From: Clostridia bacterium
GTDB lineage: Bacteria; Bacillota; Clostridia; UMGS1883; UMGS1540
Reading direction: 5' to 3'
Assembly (NCBI GenBank): GCA_045531205.1
Contig: JAZSDN010000042.1
Coordinates: forward strand, 26,590 to 90,589
Length of the DNA stretch: 64,000 bases
Shown here: positions 29,601 through 39,298 of the stretch, piece by piece
Position numbering within the stretch: position 1 is the first letter of the stretch
How the letters are laid out: the number at the start of each line of letters is the position of its first letter
Made by a program: the position numbers and the translations under genes
Notes under the pieces: generated by a model
Databases searched by the model: none
Seen by the model: only the letters and a program-made list of their open reading frames with translations
Told to the model about the DNA's origin: nothing

Positions 29601-30334
29601 TTATGGACGCAGGCGCTGAGGCAGAAATTATGGTTATAAATAACCTTTCAGCCGCAGGAATTCAAAGAAGCGTCGAAGAATTTGCAAAGAAGGTTGAATC
29701 GTCACAGATTATATTTATCCCGGGCGGCTTCTCAGGCGGTGACGAGCCCGACGGCAGCGGTAAATTTATAACAGCCTTCTTCCGTAACGCGGCAGTAAAA
29801 GAAGCAGTAACAAACCTTTTACAGCGTCGCGACGGACTTATGTGCGGTATCTGTAACGGCTTCCAGGCACTTATAAAATTGGGACTTGTTCCTTACGGCA
29901 AAATTATCGACACAGACGAAAATTGTCCCACACTTACATTTAATACAATAGGACGCCATCAGTCCAAAATTGTGCAGACAAAAATTGTTTCCAATAAATC
30001 TCCCTGGCTTGCACTTACAAATGTAGGAGAGGTATATAACGTACCCATCTCACACGGCGAAGGAAGATTTTTGGCAAGCGACGAAATCATAAAAGAACTT
30101 GGCAAAAACGGACAAATAGCAACACAGTATGTTGACTTTGATGCAAATCCGTCAAACGAAGTACACTTTAACCCCAACGGTTCAATGTATGCAATAGAAG
30201 GTATCACTTCGCCCGACGGCAGAGTATTCGGTAAAATGGGACACAGCGAACGTATAGGCGAAGGTCTTTACAAAAACGTTCCCGGTAATTACGATATACA
30301 AATGTTTAAGGCTGCAGTAAAATATTTTAAGTGA
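26645..30334 (+). CDS. purL: Phosphoribosylformylglycinamidine synthase, single-chain large form
   Basis: 1229 aa. FGAM synthase AIR-synthase-like domains. C-terminal glutaminase domain with GICNGFQAL. Confidence 0.9.
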   Translation: MVYRVFVEKKKSLAHEAKALLSDIHSFLNIKELTDIRIINRYDAENISEELFEYAKNTVFSEPQLDIASEEIDTENAEVFAVEFLPGQFDQRADSAAQCIQIISQGERPLVRSAKVYVLYGNLSKQNIDEIKKYVINPVEAREATLEKPETIKMTYEIPTTVKTLDGFTKLSDEELEKFVSEYSLAMDKDDIKFCQDYFVAEKRDPTITEIRMIDTYWSDHCRHTTFLTVIDNVKFEDELLQSSYNEYIKTREALGRTKPVCLMDIATLAVKYLKANGKLDKMDESEEINACTVKINIDVDGKTEPWLLLFKNETHNHPTEIEPFGGAATCIGGAIRDPLSGRSYVYGAMRITGAADPLKPVGETIKGKLPQRKIVTTAAAGYSSYGNQIGLATGIVDEIYHPGYAAKRMEIGAVIAAAPAENVRREVPAPGDVVILLGGSTGRDGIGGATGSSKAHNLNSVEECGAEVQKGNAPEERKLQRLFRNGDACRMIKRCNDFGAGGVSVAIGELADGLYIDLNAVPKKYEGLDGTELAISESQERMAVVIEKENVDAFLALADKENLQAVPVATVQAQPRLVMEWNGQKIVDISREFLNSNGADKHIDIEVAKPENFDKKIEGGFAENYKNLVSDLNICSKRGLSERFDSTIGAGTVLMPFGGKNQLTPAQAMVQKISVEKKHTDDCSLMSWGYNPFISEKSPYHGAYLAVVESVCKLVASGAEFSDVYLTFQEYFEKPGKDGKRWGKPLAALIGAFRAQMELSIGSIGGKDSMSGSFENIDVPPTLVSFAVTTEKIKNIISPEFKKRGNKVIFLKAEYDKDGLPKADSLIKLFDKVTKLVRSGKALSCYTPCMGGVAEAIYKMCIGNSFGFEFNNKLSLSDIFAYNYASFVVEVTDYDNEDDVIGYVTDCKEISFDKEKLSLSELSEKYEDKLESVYSCNIKKADTALADFSCNATSYPAPAVKVAKPKVLIPAFPGTNCEFDSAKAVMDAGAEAEIMVINNLSAAGIQRSVEEFAKKVESSQIIFIPGGFSGGDEPDGSGKFITAFFRNAAVKEAVTNLLQRRDGLMCGICNGFQALIKLGLVPYGKIIDTDENCPTLTFNTIGRHQSKIVQTKIVSNKSPWLALTNVGEVYNVPISHGEGRFLASDEIIKELGKNGQIATQYVDFDANPSNEVHFNPNGSMYAIEGITSPDGRVFGKMGHSERIGEGLYKNVPGNYDIQMFKAAVKYFK

Positions 30335-30345
30335 GGTAGATAAAA

Positions 30346-32022
30346 ATGGCATATTTATCAGATATTGAAATTGCACAAAAGTGCGAAATGAAACACATTA
30401 AAGAAATTGCAAAAACAGCTCATGTTGACGAAAAATATATTGAACAGTACGGAAACTATAAGGCAAAAGTAGATTTATCACTCCTTTCCGAAACCGATAA
30501 AAAAGACGGCAAGCTTGTTTTGGTAACCGCAATTACCCCCACCCCTGCAGGCGAAGGTAAAACCACCACAACAATAGGCCTTGCAGACGGATTAAAAAGA
30601 ATAGGGAAGGATGTAACAGTTGCCCTTCGTGAACCATCCCTCGGCCCCGTTTTCGGTGTAAAGGGCGGAGCAGCAGGCGGCGGCTATGCACAGGTAGTAC
30701 CTATGGAAGATATTAACCTTCACTTTACAGGAGACTTCCACGCGATAGGTGCAGCAAACAACCTTCTTGCAGCAATGCTTGATAACCACATTCAACAGGG
30801 CAACGCATTAGGAATAGATGTTCGTCGCATCACATGGAAAAGATGCGTTGATATGAACGACCGTCAGTTAAGATTTTTGGTTGACGGTATGGGCGGCAAA
30901 GCAAACGGTGTACCAAGAGAAGACGGATTTGATATCACCGTTGCAAGCGAAATTATGGCTGTGTTCTGCCTTGCAAATTCAATTACCGACTTAAAAGAAA
31001 GACTTTCAAAAATAATCGTAGGCTATACCTATGACGATAAACCCGTAACAGCGGGCGACTTAAAAGCAGTAGGTGCTATGACAGCACTTTTAAAGGATGC
31101 TTTAAAACCAAACCTTGTACAAACACTTGAAGGAACACCCGCCTTTGTTCACGGTGGACCTTTTGCAAACATAGCACACGGCTGTAACTCTGTAATGGCA
31201 ACAAAAATGGCACTTAAAATGGGCGACTATACTGTAACAGAAGCAGGCTTCGGTGCTGACCTTGGTGCAGAAAAGTTCCTTGATATTAAATGCCGTATGG
31301 CAAACCTCACACCCGATGCAGTTGTAGTAGTTGCAACTGTAAGAGCTCTTAAAATGCACGGAGGTCTTGCAAAAACACAGCTTGCAACAGAAGATTTGAC
31401 TGCACTCGAAAAAGGTATTCCTAACCTTTTAAGACACGTTTCAAATATTAAAAACGTTTATAAGCTTCCCTGCGTAGTAGCAGTAAACCGTTTCCCCACC
31501 GATACCGATAACGAAATTGACTTTATAATCAAAAAGTGCAGAGAACTCGGTGTAAACACAGTTTTATCAACAGTATGGGCAGACGGCGGACGCGGCGGCG
31601 AAGAACTCGCACGTGAAGTAGTACGTCTTTGTGAAGAAGAAAAAGGCAACTTTACCTTCTCCTATGATTTAAACAGCACAATAGAAGAAAAAATTGAAGC
31701 AGTTGTTAAAAAAGTATACGGTGGCGATGGTATAACAGTTATGCCCAACGCTAAAAAGCAAATAGAGCAGCTTACAGCACTCGGCTTTGATAAAGTACCT
31801 GTTTGCATTGCAAAAACACAGTACAGCTTCTCAGACGATGCAACAAAGCTCGGCGCACCCGAAAACTTTACAGTAACAGTTAAAAATGTAAAAATTTCTG
31901 CAGGTGCAGGCTTCATAGTTGTTTTAACAGGCGATATTTTAACAATGCCCGGCTTACCTAAAGTTCCCGCAGCAGAAAACATTGATGTTGACGAGGACGG
32001 AAAGATAACAGGCTTATTCTAA
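30346..32022 (+). CDS. fhs: Formate--tetrahydrofolate ligase
   Basis: [17 protein letters not shown]-loop, typical of FTHFS. Confidence 0.9.
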   Translation: MAYLSDIEIAQKCEMKHIKEIAKTAHVDEKYIEQYGNYKAKVDLSLLSETDKKDGKLVLVTAITPTPAGEGKTTTTIGLADGLKRIGKDVTVALREPSLGPVFGVKGGAAGGGYAQVVPMEDINLHFTGDFHAIGAANNLLAAMLDNHIQQGNALGIDVRRITWKRCVDMNDRQLRFLVDGMGGKANGVPREDGFDITVASEIMAVFCLANSITDLKERLSKIIVGYTYDDKPVTAGDLKAVGAMTALLKDALKPNLVQTLEGTPAFVHGGPFANIAHGCNSVMATKMALKMGDYTVTEAGFGADLGAEKFLDIKCRMANLTPDAVVVVATVRALKMHGGLAKTQLATEDLTALEKGIPNLLRHVSNIKNVYKLPCVVAVNRFPTDTDNEIDFIIKKCRELGVNTVLSTVWADGGRGGEELAREVVRLCEEEKGNFTFSYDLNSTIEEKIEAVVKKVYGGDGITVMPNAKKQIEQLTALGFDKVPVCIAKTQYSFSDDATKLGAPENFTVTVKNVKISAGAGFIVVLTGDILTMPGLPKVPAAENIDVDEDGKITGLF

Positions 32023-32029
32023 AACACGA

Positions 32030-32062
32030 TAAAAAGACGCAAAGAAGCCTTTGCGTCTTTTT
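32030..32062 (+). terminator. Intrinsic terminator (AAAAGACGCAAAG..CTTTGCGTCTTTTT)
   Basis: Hairpin plus T-tract after fhs. Confidence 0.7.
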
Positions 32063-32078
32063 AACAACGGAGAACAAT

Positions 32079-32585
32079 ATGAACGACATAAAAATAAAAA
32101 CCTGTTGCTTTACAGGTCACCGACCCGAAAAACTTAATATCCCCCAAAATGAAATTATCGAAAAATTAAGGATTGCCATAAAAAAAGCAATAGACGAAGG
32201 ATTTACAATCTTTATTTCAGGTATGGCACGAGGGGTAGATATGTGGAGTGCCGAAATTGTGCTCGAAGAAAAGAAAAATAATTCCGACATAAAGCTTGTA
32301 TGTGCTTCCCCCTTTGAAGGGTTTGAAAAATCGTGGTCTTATGCTTTTAGAGAAAAATACAAAAGCATACTTGATAGGGCAGACGATGTTAAATTTATAT
32401 GCGAAGGCTATTCAAAAAGCTGTTTTCATATAAGAAACAGATATATGGTCGATAACTCACAAAGAGTAATAGCAGCATATACGGGCGAATCGGGCGGAAC
32501 AAAAAACACAGTAATCTATGCCGAAAAAAAGGGTGTAGAAGTCTGCAACATTTTTGGAGAAGATTATGAATATTTTAGTTATTGA
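32079..32585 (+). CDS. DUF1273 / YpsA-like SLOG-family protein (second paralog)
   Basis: CCFTGHRPEKL...SGMARGVD. Paralog of the ORF at 4089-4604. Confidence 0.65.
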   Translation: MNDIKIKTCCFTGHRPEKLNIPQNEIIEKLRIAIKKAIDEGFTIFISGMARGVDMWSAEIVLEEKKNNSDIKLVCASPFEGFEKSWSYAFREKYKSILDRADDVKFICEGYSKSCFHIRNRYMVDNSQRVIAAYTGESGGTKNTVIYAEKKGVEVCNIFGEDYEYFSY

Positions 32586-32970
32586 CGGGCAGGGCGGACA
32601 GCTTGGTGCCCAGATTATAAAAGAAATATCTGCTAAATTTTCCGAGGTTGAGGTAACAGCAGTAGGCACTAATGCTACCGCAACAGCAGCAATGCTTAAA
32701 GCAGGAGCAAAGCGTGCCGCAACAGGCGAAAACCCTGTATTGGTTTCGGTACGTCGGGCAGATGTTATAATAGGCCCTGTAGGGATAGTTATTGCAGATT
32801 CTCTTCTTGGAGAAATAACGCCCAAAATGGCGGTAGCCGTAGGTCAGGCAGACGCAGTAAGAATACTTGTGCCAATAAACAAATGCGAAAATCTGATAGC
32901 AGGAGTTCCAAACATCAGTATTACAGAACTTATAAAGGATGTAATTTCAAGACTTGAAAAAATTATTTAA
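32566..32970 (+). CDS. DUF3842-like small protein
   Basis: MNILVIDGQGGQLGAQIIKEI..., with the start overlapping the end of the preceding DUF1273 gene. Confidence 0.45.
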   Translation: MNILVIDGQGGQLGAQIIKEISAKFSEVEVTAVGTNATATAAMLKAGAKRAATGENPVLVSVRRADVIIGPVGIVIADSLLGEITPKMAVAVGQADAVRILVPINKCENLIAGVPNISITELIKDVISRLEKII

Positions 32971-32984
32971 TTATCTTGCATAAA

Positions 32985-33115
32985 AAATAATAATGTGATA
33001 TACTTACAAGGTAGTCTATGAAAGACTATTTCGAAACAGAAGTTTCTTTATACAATACTATGAAGGTGTTGTTTTTTTCTGAATGGAAAAATAACACCTT
33101 TTATTTTTGAGAGGA
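32985..33115 (+). promoter_or_regulatory. Structured leader with intrinsic terminator upstream of an ECF S-component gene (candidate riboswitch or attenuator, class unassigned)
   Basis: Hairpins TAGTCTatgaaAGACTA and GAAACagaaGTTTC, followed by the terminator AAGGTGTTGTTTTTTTCTGAATGGAAAAATAACACCTT TTATTTTT directly before the RBS. Confidence 0.4.
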
Positions 33116-33122
33116 GCTTCTT

Positions 33123-33647
33123 ATGAAAACTAATAATGTAAGAAAAACTGTTTTATCCGCAATGTTTCTGGCAATAGCTTATGTGCTTCCCTTTTTAACG
33201 GGGCAAATTCCGAAAATAGGAGCAATGCTCTGTCCAATGCATATCCCCGTACTTCTTTGCGGATTTATATGCGGACCTGTCTGGGGCTTTGCAGTAGGGC
33301 TTATATCTCCGCTTTTTCGCAGTATAGCACTCGGTATGCCCCCAATGTTCCCAAAAGCAATATGTATGGCGTTTGAAATGGCAGTGTACGGACTTGTGTC
33401 GGGCATTTTACATAAAGTATTTCCAAACAAAAAAGGCTTTATATATTGCTCACTTTTAATTTCAATGCTTCTTGGCAGAATAGTATGGGGAATAGCAATG
33501 TATATATGTATGGGCATCAGCGGAGGAAGCTTTGGCTTTTCAGCATTTTTGGCAGGTGCAGTTACAAACGCTATCCCTGGAATATTACTTCAGATAATAC
33601 TTGTACCTGTAATAGTTATGTTACTTAATAAACAAAAATTAAAATAG
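33123..33647 (+). CDS. ECF transporter substrate-specific (S) component
   Basis: 174 aa with about 5-6 TM segments. Size and hydropathy fit ECF S components. Confidence 0.55.
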   Translation: MKTNNVRKTVLSAMFLAIAYVLPFLTGQIPKIGAMLCPMHIPVLLCGFICGPVWGFAVGLISPLFRSIALGMPPMFPKAICMAFEMAVYGLVSGILHKVFPNKKGFIYCSLLISMLLGRIVWGIAMYICMGISGGSFGFSAFLAGAVTNAIPGILLQIILVPVIVMLLNKQKLK

Positions 33648-33657
33648 GACTATAAAA

Positions 33658-34260
33658 ATGGAAATAAACGAACTCAAAAAGGAGTATGAACTTTTCCTGC
33701 CCCTTTTTACAAAAATTGATTCTATGCTTTGCAAGGGAAAAGTAACCTTGGCAATAGAAGGCGGTAGCGCAAGCGGAAAAAGCACACTCGGCAGTTTGTT
33801 AAAGCAAGTATATAATTGCCCGCTTTTTCATACAGATGATTTCTTCCTGCAACCTCATCAAAGAACTAAAGAACGCCTTTTAACTCCTGGCGGGAATATG
33901 GACAGAGAACGTTTTTTGGAAGAAATTTTATTGCCCGTAAGCAGAGGCGAAAAGGTGAAATATCAAAAGTTTAATTGCCAGACTCAAAGGTTAGCGGAAT
34001 TTGCGGAAGAAAACCCTTCAAACCTTAATATAATAGAAGGCGTATACAGTATGCATCCCGAGCTTGAAGGCTTTTATAACCTTTCAGTATTTTTGGATAT
34101 AGACGAAAAAACGCAGAAAGAACGCATTTTAAAACGCAATACAGAAGAAATGGCAAACCGCTTTTTTTCTGAATGGATACCGCTTGAAAAAGTTTATTTT
34201 GAAAAAATGCAGATACTGGAAAAATGTCACATAAAGTTTACAATAAATGACTTGACTTAA
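33658..34260 (+). CDS. P-loop nucleoside/nucleotide kinase-like protein (uridine kinase/PRK family)
   Basis: Walker A LAIEGGSASGKSTLGSLL. Confidence 0.5.
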   Translation: MEINELKKEYELFLPLFTKIDSMLCKGKVTLAIEGGSASGKSTLGSLLKQVYNCPLFHTDDFFLQPHQRTKERLLTPGGNMDRERFLEEILLPVSRGEKVKYQKFNCQTQRLAEFAEENPSNLNIIEGVYSMHPELEGFYNLSVFLDIDEKTQKERILKRNTEEMANRFFSEWIPLEKVYFEKMQILEKCHIKFTINDLT

Positions 34261-34303
34261 AAAAATGAATAAAGTATACTGAAATAAAAAAAGGAAAAAT
34301 AAA

Positions 34304-34972
34304 ATGACTTTTAAATCAAAAATCGAAAATATATGGTACCATTACAAATGGCATATACTCATAGCCTTGTTTATAGTTGTAGGAATAGTAACTATGACAC
34401 TGGATTTTGCCCTGAAAAAGGACGACGATTTTTCAATAGGCTATATGGGCGAAGCTTATGCTGATGACACATTTTTTAATCCCGTAAAAGAAGATATATC
34501 AAAAATCGTGGGTGACATAAACGGTGACGGCGATGTTTTGATAGATTATAATATCTCTGTGTATACCGAACCAAATTTCTTAACTTACGATTTAACAATA
34601 GCAGACCAAAGCAGTATAGGACTTGTTTTTTATTCAGGCAATGTAAGGCTTTATATTCTTGAAGAAAAATTTGTAAAAGAAAACAGTATATTCTTAAAAT
34701 CGCTTGAAGATATTTTGTCAGAAGAAAAACTTTCTGGCGGAATAATAAGAGAAGTAAATACACAAGACCCCGAATATACTCCCATAGAAAGCGATGGGAA
34801 AATTGTAGCAGTTCCCATCAAAAATTTTGAAAAGCTTGCAAATTTAAACTTTATGAATAAAGATAAACTTTATATAGCACTTCGTGCAATAACACATACA
34901 GACAGCGAAAAAGAAAATATTGAAATTATTGATCAAAAAGCACTTGAAGTATTTAAATATCTGACAAAGTAA
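34304..34972 (+). CDS. Membrane-anchored hypothetical protein
   Basis: N-terminal TM helix (WHILIALFIVVGIVTMTL). No recognisable domain. Confidence 0.4.
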   Translation: MTFKSKIENIWYHYKWHILIALFIVVGIVTMTLDFALKKDDDFSIGYMGEAYADDTFFNPVKEDISKIVGDINGDGDVLIDYNISVYTEPNFLTYDLTIADQSSIGLVFYSGNVRLYILEEKFVKENSIFLKSLEDILSEEKLSGGIIREVNTQDPEYTPIESDGKIVAVPIKNFEKLANLNFMNKDKLYIALRAITHTDSEKENIEIIDQKALEVFKYLTK

Positions 34973-34976
34973 TATG

Positions 34977-35005
34977 TAAAAAAGGCATCCTGCGGATGCC
35001 TTTTT
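34977..35005 (+). terminator. Intrinsic terminator (AAAAAGGCATCCGCAGGATGCCTTTTTTT)
   Basis: Hairpin plus T-tract. Confidence 0.7.
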
Positions 35006-35034
35006 TTAGTGAATTTAAAAATTTTCAAAAAAGT

Positions 35035-35100
35035 CTTGACAAAAGGAAAAAAATAGTTTATTATCTAACTGGAGCGTACTAATGCGATATAGTACACTTT
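35035..35100 (+). promoter_or_regulatory. Promoter (TTGACA-17-TATTAT) and palindromic candidate GntR operator (GTACTAATGCGATATAGTAC)
   Basis: Read directly upstream of the GntR gene. Confidence 0.4.
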
Positions 35101-35116
35101 AGAAAGGAGGCAGGCA

Positions 35117-35491
35117 ATGCTGGGAATAACCTTAAATAATCGTTATCCAATTCACGAACAACTTAAAAAAGGCATAGAAAAGCTTGTTTTAAAAGGCGTG
35201 CTCGAGCCTGATTCGCCCTTGCCTTCGGTAAGAGAGCTGGCAGCAGACCTTGCAATAAATCCAAACACGGTACAAAAAGCTTATACCGAGCTTGAAAGGG
35301 AAGGAATAACCTACTCTGTAAATGGTAAAGGAAGGTTTGTAACAAGTAATGTAGAGGTTGTACGCCGTGCAAAAATAAACCAAGCGTTAGAAGAACTTGC
35401 CGAAGATTTAAATAAACTTAAATCACTTGGTGCAAGCGACAGCGAAATCAGCGAATTTACGGCAAAGCACTTAAAGGAGGGAAATAAATGA
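35117..35491 (+). CDS. GntR-family (YtrA-like) transcriptional regulator
   Basis: LPSVRELAADLAINPNTVQKAYTELEREGI HTH. Confidence 0.75.
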   Translation: MLGITLNNRYPIHEQLKKGIEKLVLKGVLEPDSPLPSVRELAADLAINPNTVQKAYTELEREGITYSVNGKGRFVTSNVEVVRRAKINQALEELAEDLNKLKSLGASDSEISEFTAKHLKEGNK

Positions 35492-36390
35492 TAAAAGCAA
35501 CTGACATTCGCAAAGCATATCACAAAGAAAATGTGCTTGAAGATTTAAACCTGCACGTAAAAAAAGGCAGTATATACGGACTTATAGGCTCAAACGGAGC
35601 AGGTAAATCCACACTTTTAAATATTTTATCGGGAGTTTTCAAGCCCGATTTTGGAAAAGTACAAATTGACGGGGAAGAGGTTTTTGAAAACATAAAAATC
35701 AAAAATAAAATAGCATATATAACCGATAACCCCTATTACTTCAATTCTGCAACAGTCAAAGAAATGGCACTTTATTTAAACAAAATATATTCAAACTTTT
35801 CAATGCAGACCTTTGAAGAAATTTCAGCACTTTTCCCAATAGATATAAATAAAAGAATAAACTCTTTTTCAAAGGGGATGAAAAGACAGGTATCAATAAT
35901 CCTTTCACTTTCCCAAAACCCCGAAATTCTTTTGTGTGACGAAAGCTTTGACGGGTTAGACCCCGTAATACGCCAGCTTGTAAAAAGACTTTTTGTAAGT
36001 AGAGCCGCAGAAGGGAATATGACAGTAATTATAGCATCCCATAACCTCCGCGAAATGGAAAATCTTTGCGACACAGTAGGCGTTTTGCACGATAACAAAA
36101 TAGTTATCGAAAAGAGTATAGGCGATATAAAGAATATGATGCACCGTTATCAGGTGGCATATAAACCAATGATAGACACAGAAATTTTAGAACAAAGGCT
36201 CGACATTGTTTCCATGAATATACGAAACAATGTAATAGAGCTTGTAGCAAGAGGCGAGGATGAAGAAATTTATAAAACCCTCTCGGAATATGACCCCTTG
36301 CTTATCGATAAAACAGACCTGACATTAGAAGATATTTTTGTTTATGAAATGGAGGTAAAAGGATATGACTTCTCAAAAATGCTTTTGTAG
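35488..36390 (+). CDS. ABC transporter ATP-binding protein
   Basis: Walker A GSNGAGKST. Signature-like FSKGMKRQ. Walker B LLCDESFDGLD. Confidence 0.8.
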   Translation: MIKATDIRKAYHKENVLEDLNLHVKKGSIYGLIGSNGAGKSTLLNILSGVFKPDFGKVQIDGEEVFENIKIKNKIAYITDNPYYFNSATVKEMALYLNKIYSNFSMQTFEEISALFPIDINKRINSFSKGMKRQVSIILSLSQNPEILLCDESFDGLDPVIRQLVKRLFVSRAAEGNMTVIIASHNLREMENLCDTVGVLHDNKIVIEKSIGDIKNMMHRYQVAYKPMIDTEILEQRLDIVSMNIRNNVIELVARGEDEEIYKTLSEYDPLLIDKTDLTLEDIFVYEMEVKGYDFSKMLL

Positions 36391-38278
36391 ATTAAATATG
36401 TTTTTCGAAACCTTAAAGCAGTCAAAATACTTAATGATTTTACATACCATAGTTTTATTTTTGGTATCAACCCTTCCTGCCATAATAGAAGTAAACAATT
36501 TAAGAATGCGTATGGAAAAAGAACCCTTATTAAATTATTCTTACGCATACAACACAATTTCAGATTTTTTAAGCGGACAGACAATATTTATTGCCTTAGT
36601 TTCGGTAGCGATATGTACAATAAGTGCCATATTTATATATAACTACCTTTTTAAAACCACATCGGTACAGTTTTATTCCGCAATGCCCATAAAAAGAGAA
36701 AGTATGTATATCTCAAAATTTTTATCGGGTATGGTATCCTGGATTATACCTTTGGTTTTGATATGTGCAGTAAACGCTATAATATATTTCGGATATGGTT
36801 TAGAAGAGTTTTTTGAAATAAGCTTAATTTTCAAAGGCTTCGCAACAGCTCTTTTAAGCTACTTTGCAATGTGGAGCGTAGCGGTTTTTGCTGTGAGCGT
36901 ATCGGGCAACTTCTTTGCTGCTCTCATTGTTATTGGCGTAGTATTTTTAATATACCCCGCATCAACCATTACGGTTATGGGAACAGTACAGTCTTTCTTC
37001 GAAAATATAAGCATAAACTTCAATTACAATGTGGTTTATATTTTCCCGCCTGTATTGCCCGCACTTGATGATTTATACGGAATATCAAAAATGGTAACAG
37101 GCGATATAATTTATACAGCAGTGTATAGCGTAGTATTTTTCGTTTTGGGACTTATCTTTTATAAATTCCGCAAAAACGAACATACAAGTAACTTCTTTGC
37201 TTATAAATGGATAGGCATATTCTTTAAATATTACGCAACACTTTTGGCATCACTTTTGTTTGGGGCATTGTTCTTTGATATTTCAAACAATGTGTTCACA
37301 GCATACATAGGCTATATACTTATAGGCTTTATAGTATTTATAGTTTTGCAGGCAATATTTGAAAAGAACTTTAAAAGTATGTTCTCAAACATAAAATACT
37401 TTGCAATTTATATGGCAATAATCTGCATAGCAGTATACTATCCCATAACAAACAGGGAAGAGATTTCTAAAAAAATGCCAAACCCCGAAAACATAAAAAC
37501 ACTTGAAGTTAATATGAGTCTTGATAATCTTGAGCTTTCAGACCCGCAAAATATTGCAGCTGCTCTTTCCTTGTACGAATCGGCAACCCAAAACCAAGAT
37601 ACCGATAAACACTTTTGCTGGGTGTCGGTTGAAATAAAAAATAATCCTTTGTTCAGCGTACACCATAGTCCCAATAACTGGGCAGCAAAGGAACAAATAA
37701 ACCTGTTCCTCGAAAGAGTGTACGATACAAGGGAATACCAAGACCAAAAAGCTAAAGCAATAGATAACGTAACAAACATAGATTTTGTACAAAAGATTAT
37801 GACAATATATAATGACGAGAGAGTTCTTTCGCAAAAGAGCAGAGAACTGTTAAAAATTTATAAAAAAGATTTTATAAATTATTCCTACAGCGATATAAAA
37901 GACAGCGGCTTGTATGCTTCCATAGCAACAGACAATGGCGAGTTCTTTGTATATAATTGTTATCTTGATACAGTTGAATATTTAAAAAATAATTATGATA
38001 TAGAATTTTCGCCCGATAAGGTAGAAAGAATAAGAGTATTTACTTACCGGCACGATGAAGAAGGCAAATATTCCGAGCGTGATTTGTATTCAACAAACAT
38101 TCCGTCCGAAATGGCAGAATTTTTAAAATCCACTTCTCAAGTTACAAAAATGTACAGAGATAATATTGTGGTTGAAATAATGGAAAAGGGAAGAACAGAA
38201 CCTTATACCGCAGAACTTGAACTTTACTTTTTACCCAAAGATATAGTTTCTAAATTGAATTTAAATAATTTATACTAA
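36365..38278 (+). CDS. ABC-2-type permease with large C-terminal extracytoplasmic domain
   Basis: Multiple TM segments in the N-terminal 370 aa. A hydrophilic C-terminal domain of about 260 aa. Translationally coupled to the ATPase. Confidence 0.55.
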   Translation: MTSQKCFCRLNMFFETLKQSKYLMILHTIVLFLVSTLPAIIEVNNLRMRMEKEPLLNYSYAYNTISDFLSGQTIFIALVSVAICTISAIFIYNYLFKTTSVQFYSAMPIKRESMYISKFLSGMVSWIIPLVLICAVNAIIYFGYGLEEFFEISLIFKGFATALLSYFAMWSVAVFAVSVSGNFFAALIVIGVVFLIYPASTITVMGTVQSFFENISINFNYNVVYIFPPVLPALDDLYGISKMVTGDIIYTAVYSVVFFVLGLIFYKFRKNEHTSNFFAYKWIGIFFKYYATLLASLLFGALFFDISNNVFTAYIGYILIGFIVFIVLQAIFEKNFKSMFSNIKYFAIYMAIICIAVYYPITNREEISKKMPNPENIKTLEVNMSLDNLELSDPQNIAAALSLYESATQNQDTDKHFCWVSVEIKNNPLFSVHHSPNNWAAKEQINLFLERVYDTREYQDQKAKAIDNVTNIDFVQKIMTIYNDERVLSQKSRELLKIYKKDFINYSYSDIKDSGLYASIATDNGEFFVYNCYLDTVEYLKNNYDIEFSPDKVERIRVFTYRHDEEGKYSERDLYSTNIPSEMAEFLKSTSQVTKMYRDNIVVEIMEKGRTEPYTAELELYFLPKDIVSKLNLNNLY

Positions 38279-38279
38279 A

Positions 38280-38311
38280 AAAACAGGTCGGTTAAACCGA
38301 CCTGTTTTTTA
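38280..38311. terminator. Bidirectional terminator (AAAACAGGTCGGTTTAACCGACCTGTTTTTT)
   Basis: Perfect hairpin between convergent genes. Confidence 0.7.
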
Positions 38312-38319
38312 TGTAAACT

Positions 38320-38916
38320 TCAAAAAATATCCTGTCTTCCTTCAAGCGCCTTTGCCAAAGTAACCTCGTCAACATAGTCAAGGTCACCTCCAACAGGAAC
38401 ACCTCTTGCAATACGAGTAACCTTTACACCAAACGGAGCAATAAGCTTTGCAATATAAAGAGCCGTAGTGTCGCCTTCGGCACGTGGACTTAATGCCATA
38501 ATAACCTCACGCACATCGCCCTTTGCAATTCGGTTTACAAGCTCTTTTATTTTAATATCGTCAGGGCCTATTCCGTCTATCGGGGACATAACACCGTGCA
38601 AAACATGGTAAAGTCCGTTATACTCACGGGTTTTTTCCATGGCAGTAACATCCTTTGGTGTTTCAACAACACATATTACCGATGTATCACGCTTTGGGTT
38701 TGAGCATACCCCGCAAAGCTCTGCATCTGTAAAATCCTGACACATCCGGCAAAGATGAATACTCTTTTTAACATGGAGTATAGCCGAGGCAAAGCTTTCT
38801 GCCTGCGAGTCCGACATAGACATAACATAAAAAGCCATGCGTACAGCAGATTTTCTGCCCACTCCCGGGATTTTTTCAAACTGTTCTATTAAGTTTGCAA
38901 TAGGTGGAGAGTACAT
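38320..38916 (-). CDS. recR: Recombination protein RecR
   Basis: C4 zinc finger CRMCQDFTDAELCGVC. Toprim domain. Confidence 0.9.
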   Translation of the reverse strand: MYSPPIANLIEQFEKIPGVGRKSAVRMAFYVMSMSDSQAESFASAILHVKKSIHLCRMCQDFTDAELCGVCSNPKRDTSVICVVETPKDVTAMEKTREYNGLYHVLHGVMSPIDGIGPDDIKIKELVNRIAKGDVREVIMALSPRAEGDTTALYIAKLIAPFGVKVTRIARGVPVGGDLDYVDEVTLAKALEGRQDIF

Positions 38917-38932
38917 AACGTCACCTCAAAAA

Positions 38933-39283
38933 TTAAAACATACCCATGCCGGGCAAATTCATCCCTTGGGTAATTTTACCCATAGTTGAAGATGCAAGCT
39001 CATCAGCTTTTCTTAAGCCTTCGTTTACAGCCGCAACAATTAAATCTTCAAGCATTTCTGCATCGTCGGGGTCAATAACGTCGGGATTAATTTTAATCGA
39101 AACAACCTCTTTTTTACCGCTTACAGTAACAGTAACCGCACCTCCGCCAACAGAAGCCTCAACATTTTTATCTTCAAGCTCTTCCTGAGCTTTCAATAAA
39201 TCCTGCTGCATTTTCTGTGCCTGCTTTAACATATTGTTCATATTGGCACCGCCGCCCATACGTGGGAATCCGCCTTTTGCCAT
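38933..39283 (-). CDS. ybaB: Nucleoid-associated protein YbaB/EbfC
   Basis: [11 protein letters not shown]...[15 protein letters not shown]. Confidence 0.85.
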   Translation of the reverse strand: MAKGGFPRMGGGANMNNMLKQAQKMQQDLLKAQEELEDKNVEASVGGGAVTVTVSGKKEVVSIKINPDVIDPDDAEMLEDLIVAAVNEGLRKADELASSTMGKITQGMNLPGMGMF

Positions 39284-39298
39284 AAAAATCATTCCTTT

